A DNA stretch of 64,000 nt from Candidatus Omnitrophota bacterium. Lineage in GTDB: Bacteria > Omnitrophota > Gorgyraeia > Tantalellales > Tantalellaceae. This document shows positions 58,308-64,000 of the stretch, piece by piece (position 1 is the first letter of the stretch; each line of letters begins with the position of its first letter). Below the pieces are notes generated by a model, which worked only from the letters and a program-made list of their open reading frames with translations, was not told the DNA's origin and ran no database searches. The stretch lies in contig WJMG01000078.1 in assembly GCA_014728075.1 (NCBI GenBank), positions 2,668-66,667 on the forward strand, in the 5' to 3' direction. Made by a program: the position numbers and the translations under genes.

Positions 58308-58398
58308 GATCCGGCGAGATCGCAAAAGGACACATAAATGAAAACAGGAAATACAGTTCATGCCGGCCCTCTTGTCAAAAGACAAGGGGGCTTTTTTT
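58308..58398 (+). promoter_or_regulatory. pyr operon leader attenuator: PyrR-binding loop-like GATCCGGCGAGATC (58308-58321) and intrinsic terminator CCCTCTTGTC-aaaa-GACAAGGGGG-c-TTTTTTT (58367-58398) upstream of pyrR
   Basis: Direct reading. It matches the PyrR RNA-binding consensus ARUCCNGNGAGG. Confidence 0.55.
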
Positions 58399-58429
58399 AT
58401 CTCCATAAGTAAAACAGGCAGGGTAAGTA

Positions 58430-58987
58430 ATGAACATAAGGACGAAATCAAAAGTTCTGGACCAGCCCGGAATAAGACGGAGCGTACAAAGGATAGCACA
58501 CGAGATCATTGAAAAGAACCAGGGCCTGGAGAATGTGGCCATAATAGGCATAAAGACCCGGGGGGCATATCTTGCGGAAAGGATAGCCGAAAGCATGGCC
58601 GGGATCGAGGGCAAAAAGATCCCCGTCGGGGCCCTTGACATAACAATGTACAGGGATGACCTTACGGAGATAGCGGAACAGCCCGTTGTCCACGCGACGG
58701 AAATAGGATTTGATATTACAGGAAAAAAAATAATCCTCGTTGATGATGTTCTTTTCAGCGGACGCACGGTAAGATGCGCCCTTGATGAGCTTATAGATTT
58801 CGGAAGGCCGGCCAATATCCAGCTGGCCGTTCTTATAGACCGGGGCCACAGGGAGCTGCCTATACGGCCCGATTATACGGGGAAGAACATTCCTACCTCT
58901 AAAAAGGAAAGCGTGGAGGTCCGGCTTAAAGAGACGGATGGCTCGGAAGAGGTGGTTGTTGTGGAAGCGGAAAAGGAAGAACGATGA
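58430..58987 (+). CDS. pyrR: Bifunctional pyr operon regulator/uracil phosphoribosyltransferase PyrR
   Basis: PRTase motif [12 protein letters not shown]. Confidence 0.9.
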   Translation: MNIRTKSKVLDQPGIRRSVQRIAHEIIEKNQGLENVAIIGIKTRGAYLAERIAESMAGIEGKKIPVGALDITMYRDDLTEIAEQPVVHATEIGFDITGKKIILVDDVLFSGRTVRCALDELIDFGRPANIQLAVLIDRGHRELPIRPDYTGKNIPTSKKESVEVRLKETDGSEEVVVVEAEKEER

Positions 58988-59967
58988 TGAAAGAAAAGAA
59001 AAAACATACATGGCGGCATAAAGACCTTCTCGGCATAGAAAACCTGTCCGAAGAAGACCTTGTTCTCATCCTTGACCAGGCCACGGGCTTCAAGGAAGTC
59101 CTGGCCAGGCCTATACCCAAAGTCCCGACTTTAAGAGGCAAAACGATCGTGACCTTGTTTTGCGAACCTTCCACAAGGACTAGAGCGTCTTTTGACCTCG
59201 CGGCGAAAAGGCTGAGCGCCGATACCCTGAACATCGCCGCTTCATCGTCCAGTTTTTTGAAAGGTGAAAGCCTTAAAGATACCGCCAGGAACCTGGAAGC
59301 GATGAAAATCGACATGATAATTATGAGGCACGAGTGCGCGGGCGCGCCCCACTTTCTGGCCGGAGAAGTGAACGCCGCCGTAATAAACGCGGGTGACGGT
59401 TTTCACGAACACCCTACACAGGCTCTTCTGGACATCTATACCATAAGAGAAAAACTCGGCAAATTCAAAGGGGTTAAAGTCAGCATAATAGGGGATATAG
59501 CACATTCAAGGGTGGCAAGAAGCAATATTCTGGCATTGAGCAAGCTGGGAGCCGAAGTAACGGTATGCGGGCCAAAAACACTCATCCCGGCGGAGATGGA
59601 AAAAATGGGAGTAAGGGTCGTTTACGGTCTCAAAGACGCGCTTGAGGGGGCGGATGTCATAAATGTTCTCAGAATACAGTTAGAAAGGCAAAAAAAGGCG
59701 TTGTTCCCGAGTACGCGGGAGTATATAAATCTGTTCGGGATAACAAAAGAAAAGCTTGACAGGCACGCAAAAGAGGATGTTGTGATAATGCACCCCGGCC
59801 CTGTCAACAGGGGTGTAGAGATCACTCAAGAGGTGGCGGACAGCAGATATTCCGTAATACTTGACCAGGTGACCAATGGTGTGGCCGTAAGAATGGCGGT
59901 TCTGTTTTTGATGGGACATAATAAAAACCTGGAACAAAAAGAAGTCCCAACAAAGCTCCATAATTAA
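58984..59967 (+). CDS. pyrB: Aspartate carbamoyltransferase catalytic subunit
   Basis: STRTR and HPTQ motifs. Confidence 0.9.
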   Translation: MMKEKKKHTWRHKDLLGIENLSEEDLVLILDQATGFKEVLARPIPKVPTLRGKTIVTLFCEPSTRTRASFDLAAKRLSADTLNIAASSSSFLKGESLKDTARNLEAMKIDMIIMRHECAGAPHFLAGEVNAAVINAGDGFHEHPTQALLDIYTIREKLGKFKGVKVSIIGDIAHSRVARSNILALSKLGAEVTVCGPKTLIPAEMEKMGVRVVYGLKDALEGADVINVLRIQLERQKKALFPSTREYINLFGITKEKLDRHAKEDVVIMHPGPVNRGVEITQEVADSRYSVILDQVTNGVAVRMAVLFLMGHNKNLEQKEVPTKLHN

Positions 59968-59984
59968 TAGAAAAGTGGAGGAAA

Positions 59985-61274
59985 ATGAGCATAATTATCC
60001 GCAATGGACGACTGGTTGACCCAAAAAACGGGGTAGATGAAAAAATAGATATATTCATCGACAAAGGAAAGGTCCAAAAGACCGGAAAGAATCTCAAGGA
60101 CAAAGCCGGGACAGAGATCGACGCAGAAGGGAAGATAGTGGCACCCGGACTGGTCGATATGCACACTCATTTGAGAGAGCCCGGCAGAGAAGACAAGGAA
60201 ACTATAGAGACCGGGGCCCGGGCGGCTATAGCCGGGGGGTTCACGACCGTTTGCGCAATGCCTAATACGGAACCCCCGTGCGATACCCGGGCGCTTGCCG
60301 AGTACATTATAGAAAAGGCCGAAAGGACAAAGCTGGCCACGGTCCTTCCAATAGGAGCGATTACAAAGGGCAGAAAGAGTGAACAGCTTACAGAAATGGC
60401 CGAACTCCGTGAAGCCGGATGCGCCGCGTTCTCGGATGACGGGGATTCCGTTAAAAGCGCCGCGCTTATGAGAAGAGCCCTGGAATACGCTTCAATGTTA
60501 GGCGCTCTTGTGATCTCACATTGCGAGGACAGGGATCTGGCCGGTGACGGGGTCATGAACGAGGGATACTGGTCTACCCTTCTCGGGATGAAACCGATAC
60601 CCCGGGAAGCGGAATCCCTTATAGTTGAAAGAGATGTGTGCCTGGCGGAAAGGGCGGACGCCAGGCTGCATATAGCGCACATTTCAACCGCCGAGAGTGT
60701 TGAGATCGTCAGAAGGGCAAAAAAACAGGGCCTTAAAATTTCCGCTGAAGTTACTCCGCATCATTTCAGTTTGACGGACGCGGAACTGAAAAGCTATGAT
60801 ACCGCCTTTAAAGTGAATCCGCCCTTAAGGACCGAGAAAGATATCCTGGCCCTGAAAAAAGGCTTAAAGGACGGAACAATAGATGTTATAGCTACAGATC
60901 ACGCTCCGCACCTTGAAAACGAGAAAGAAATGGAGTTTGATCATGCTCCCTTCGGCATGACCGCCCTGGAAACAGCGCTTTCTCTGTCGGTGGAAAATCT
61001 GCTGACGGAAGGCCTGCTGGATTGGCCGGGGCTGATAAGGTTGCTTTCAGTTAATCCCTGCCGGTTGCTGGGGTATGGACGAGGCTCTCTCGAAGAGGGG
61101 GCGGTCGCGGATGTTGTTGTCATAGACCCTTCAGCAAAATGGGTTTATGAAAAAGAAAAGGTTTTTTCCAAGGCTACCAATTCACCCTTTTTAGGAAAGA
61201 AGATGACGGCCAGGGTCACCGATGTGATTGTTTCCGGAAGAGAGACTTTAAGAAACGGACAAATGAAATATTAG
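59985..61274 (+). CDS. pyrC: Dihydroorotase
   Basis: DMHTHLR metal-binding motif. Amidohydrolase fold. Confidence 0.9.
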   Translation: MSIIIRNGRLVDPKNGVDEKIDIFIDKGKVQKTGKNLKDKAGTEIDAEGKIVAPGLVDMHTHLREPGREDKETIETGARAAIAGGFTTVCAMPNTEPPCDTRALAEYIIEKAERTKLATVLPIGAITKGRKSEQLTEMAELREAGCAAFSDDGDSVKSAALMRRALEYASMLGALVISHCEDRDLAGDGVMNEGYWSTLLGMKPIPREAESLIVERDVCLAERADARLHIAHISTAESVEIVRRAKKQGLKISAEVTPHHFSLTDAELKSYDTAFKVNPPLRTEKDILALKKGLKDGTIDVIATDHAPHLENEKEMEFDHAPFGMTALETALSLSVENLLTEGLLDWPGLIRLLSVNPCRLLGYGRGSLEEGAVADVVVIDPSAKWVYEKEKVFSKATNSPFLGKKMTARVTDVIVSGRETLRNGQMKY

Positions 61275-61328
61275 TTCCGCCAGGAGCTCGCAAGATCGAC
61301 CTGAAAAATGGAGAGAAGGCCCACAAAA

Positions 61329-62165
61329 ATGGATCAAAAGAAGATAAAATCCCAAAAAACAGCCATAATCAGCAATGAAAGGGTAGCAAAAGGCCATTTT
61401 GTTATGCGCCTGGAAAGTCAAGAAATAGCTTCCGGGGCATGTCCGGGCCAATTCGTAACTGTAAAGGCCGGAAGGGACGCGACGGATCCTTTGTTGCGTA
61501 TACCCTTGGGCATACATAAAATAGGGCAAAAGGACTTCAGCCTTCTTTATAAGGTGGTCGGACGGGGAACAAGAACTCTATCAAGATTTGTAAAGGATGA
61601 AAGCGTAGATGTCCTGGGGCCTCTGGGAAACGGATTTCCGCTTGAAGGGGGCCCGGTGCCGGGAAAAAGTAAAGTTGTTATAGTCTCCGGTGGCCACGGA
61701 GTGGCGCCTTTATTCGCTCTTGCGGAATACCTTAGGGAAACCCGGCCGCAAACAAAAATAAAATTTCTGATGGGAGCCTGCACGGCGGAAGAAGTGCTTT
61801 GTGTCAAGGAACTTGAAGAAATGGGAATAAGTGTGGGGATAGCGACCGACGACGGCACAAGGGGATGCCGGGGGTTTGTAACCGGCCTCATGGAGGAGGA
61901 GATCAAAGAGAAGCCGGCGAGAATTTTCGCCTGCGGACCAAGGGCAATGCTCGCGGAGGTGGCGAGGATAGCCGAAAGGGAAAAGATCAGCGCCAGTGTA
62001 TCGCTTGACGCTTATATGGCCTGCGGTATAGGGGCTTGCCTTGGCTGCGCGCTGAAGACAGAAGAAGGCTATAAACTTGTCTGCAAGGACGGCCCGGTTT
62101 TCGAGGCCGGAGAGGTTTTATGGAAAGAAGCTGTTCAAGCCAGGCAGAGCTGCGGATGTGAATAG
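61329..62165 (+). CDS. pyrK: Dihydroorotate dehydrogenase electron-transfer subunit PyrK (FAD/2Fe-2S)
   Basis: C-terminal CGIGACLGCALK 2Fe-2S motif. The start was set at the second ATG after RBS GGAGAGAAGG. Confidence 0.85.
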   Translation: MDQKKIKSQKTAIISNERVAKGHFVMRLESQEIASGACPGQFVTVKAGRDATDPLLRIPLGIHKIGQKDFSLLYKVVGRGTRTLSRFVKDESVDVLGPLGNGFPLEGGPVPGKSKVVIVSGGHGVAPLFALAEYLRETRPQTKIKFLMGACTAEEVLCVKELEEMGISVGIATDDGTRGCRGFVTGLMEEEIKEKPARIFACGPRAMLAEVARIAEREKISASVSLDAYMACGIGACLGCALKTEEGYKLVCKDGPVFEAGEVLWKEAVQARQSCGCE

Positions 62166-62218
62166 CTGCGGTAAAGGCCCGAGGCACGGCGGGGAACGGG
62201 AAAAGGATAAAACAAAAA

Positions 62219-63142
62219 ATGGACCTCAAGGTAAAAATAGGAAATACGGAATTTAAAAATCCCGTGTGGGTCGCTTCGGGGACTTTCGGCAGCGGAAAAG
62301 AATTCGAAGGGTTGACCGAACTCAGGGAGATAGGCGCTGTCGTGACCAAAACCATCACCCTCGAGAAAAGAGAAGGCAACAGGCCCCAGCGGATCGTTGA
62401 AACGGCTTCCGGGCTTCTGAACTCGATCGGCCTGGAGAATAAAGGGCTCGACCATTTCATTGAAAAGACATACCCGGAGGCTGAGAGGACCGGAGCGGAT
62501 ATCATAGTCAGCATAGCGGGTTCTTCCTGTGACGAATTCCTCGAATGCGCGGAAAAGCTTTCGGAAAAAGTGCGGCCCAAAGGAATAGAGCTGAACCTTT
62601 CCTGCCCGAATGTCGCTCACAGGGATACAAAGCACAAACTTATTTCCCAGGACCCGGTTTCCACAGAAAATATAGTCAAAAGGACCAGAAGGACCACGGA
62701 AACCCTTCTTATCGCAAAACTGACCCCCAATGTTACCGACATTACCGAAATAGCCCGGGCGGCCGAAGCCGGGGGAGCCGACGCGGTGGCCCTGGTCAAC
62801 ACTTATATGGGCATGGCGGTCGACGCGTTCTCCGCAAAACCCGTGCTCGGGAATGTCTTCGGTGGACTTAGCGGACCGGCTATTAAACCTTTGGCTTTAA
62901 AATCCGTCTGGGATGTGTATAATAGTATAAATATCCCCATTATAGGAATAGGGGGTATAATGACCGGTGAGGATGTTGCCGAATTCATTTTATGCGGGGC
63001 GGACGCCGTACAGACGGGTACCGTAAATCTGGTCGACCCTTCTTCTCACGGAAGGATCCTGAAAGAGTTCAGGGAGTTTCTGAACAGGAAAGGGGCCTCT
63101 TCCCCGATAGAGCTGAAAGGGAAACTTGCCGCCGGTCTTTGA
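62219..63142 (+). CDS. pyrD: Dihydroorotate dehydrogenase 1B catalytic subunit
   Basis: FMN-binding TIM barrel. GIGGI motif. Confidence 0.9.
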   Translation: MDLKVKIGNTEFKNPVWVASGTFGSGKEFEGLTELREIGAVVTKTITLEKREGNRPQRIVETASGLLNSIGLENKGLDHFIEKTYPEAERTGADIIVSIAGSSCDEFLECAEKLSEKVRPKGIELNLSCPNVAHRDTKHKLISQDPVSTENIVKRTRRTTETLLIAKLTPNVTDITEIARAAEAGGADAVALVNTYMGMAVDAFSAKPVLGNVFGGLSGPAIKPLALKSVWDVYNSINIPIIGIGGIMTGEDVAEFILCGADAVQTGTVNLVDPSSHGRILKEFREFLNRKGASSPIELKGKLAAGL

Positions 63143-63201
63143 TCCTTCCCAGGAAATGTTCCAGTAAGATAAGAATTTTAAGAAAAGAAAGAAACGGAAG
63201 C

Positions 63202-63912
63202 ATGGACCCAAGAGAAAGACTTATCGTAGCTCTTGATGTCGAGCATTTACACGAGGCGGAAGAGCTAGTTGAAAAACTGGCGGATTCCGCGGATATTTTC
63301 AAGGTCGGGATCGCGCCGTTCACGGCTTTCGGGCCCGGGCTCCTCGATGTGCTCGGGGAGAAAGGAAAAAAAGTTTTCCTGGACCTGAAGGTGCATGATA
63401 TACCGAATACCGTTCTTAACGCCGCGTACCAGGCGGCCCGGAAGAATGTCTTTATGATGAATTTCCATTGTCTCGGAGGGAAAGCGATGATGGAAGCGGC
63501 CGTAAAGGGCGCGGAAAAAGCGGGAGAAGAGGGAAGACGAAAACCCCTGCTGCTGGGAGTTACCGTACTGACCAGCATGGACGGGGAAGGGCTGAGGGAG
63601 ACAGGGATAGGCGCTTCGGTGGAGGATACTGTCCTCAAGTTCGCTTCAATGGCGAAAGAAGCCGGACTTAACGGTGTTGTCGCCTCCGCGAGGGAAGCGA
63701 AAAAAATAAAGGAAAAGCTGGGAGAAGGCTTTGTGATCGTTACCCCCGGGATAAGGCCCGAATGGGCGGCTAAAGGCGATCAGAAAAGGGTACTTTCCCC
63801 TAAGGAAGCCATAAAGGAAGGCGCCGATTACATCGTGGTAGGACGGCCGATAATAAAAGCGGACGACCCGGCGGCGGCGGCGGAGAAAATAATCGAGGAG
63901 ATGGAGGGGTAA
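63202..63912 (+). CDS. pyrF: Orotidine 5'-phosphate decarboxylase (start corrected to MDPRERLIVALDV)
   Basis: ALDV...DLK catalytic motifs. RBS GGAAG. Confidence 0.85.
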   Translation: MDPRERLIVALDVEHLHEAEELVEKLADSADIFKVGIAPFTAFGPGLLDVLGEKGKKVFLDLKVHDIPNTVLNAAYQAARKNVFMMNFHCLGGKAMMEAAVKGAEKAGEEGRRKPLLLGVTVLTSMDGEGLRETGIGASVEDTVLKFASMAKEAGLNGVVASAREAKKIKEKLGEGFVIVTPGIRPEWAAKGDQKRVLSPKEAIKEGADYIVVGRPIIKADDPAAAAEKIIEEMEG

Positions 63913-64000
63913 GGAAAAAGCTGCAAGGAAAAAGAACAAGGTGCTTGTCTGGAATGTTCTTTCGTGTGTTGCGCTCCTTTTCCTTGTAATTTTTGACCGG

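Overview
This is a 64 kb bacterial chromosomal window of about 50% GC with compact operons and canonical RBSs. It probably comes from an anaerobe, since it carries Rex, an [FeFe]-hydrogenase and a short pyruvate kinase. I found no integrase, transposase or CRISPR array. From left to right: (1) 1-565, a noncoding leader with strong hairpin and repeat structure, in front of a small 2x[4Fe-4S] ferredoxin gene. (2) 900-10100, hypothetical membrane proteins, a TPR protein, a type-III P-type ATPase, a COG2984/HAMP-PAS histidine kinase pair, a PilZ protein and a glycosyltransferase. (3) 10181-21635, one co-directional minus-strand [FeFe]-hydrogenase supra-operon, in transcription order rex - dCache sensor kinase - HndB-like - hydB(NuoF-like) - hydA - hydC(NuoE-like) - hydG - hydE - hydF - REC-only response regulator - terminator - TM1266-like small regulator. 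It has a Rex operator and a sigma70-like promoter upstream. (4) 21766-27518, an MFS sugar porter plus an exopolysaccharide module (GH clan-A hydrolase, processive GT2 synthase, PEGA protein). (5) 27644-36965, a complete Pho regulon on the minus strand: phoB-phoR-porin O/P-pstSCAB-phoU and an outer-membrane barrel protein. (6) 36977-44007, hypotheticals including a PC4-like protein, then pgeF, a short pyruvate kinase, a radical SAM protein and glgA. (7) 44137-45089, convergent tRNA-Asp and tRNA-Val with triplicated tRNA-Asp 3'-end repeats between them. (8) 45153-58245, the replication-origin neighbourhood: gyrA, gyrB, a DUF721 protein, dnaN, dnaA, rpmH, rnpA, yidD, yidC, an N-terminal-only jag, parA and parB, with DnaA-box clusters and parS-like palindromes. 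(9) 58300-63912, the pyr operon pyrR-B-C-K-D-F with a PyrR attenuator leader. The most unusual item is the HydA catalytic subunit. Its H-cluster motifs read L1 = TSCSSAW and L2 = MCCTAKKYE instead of TSCCPxW and MPCxxKxxE, so the canonical [4Fe-4S]H ligand cysteine appears to have moved from L1 to L2. The enzyme still sits in an operon with the hydEFG maturases and an unusual set of regulators (Rex, a dCache kinase, an orphan REC domain and a TM1266-like protein).
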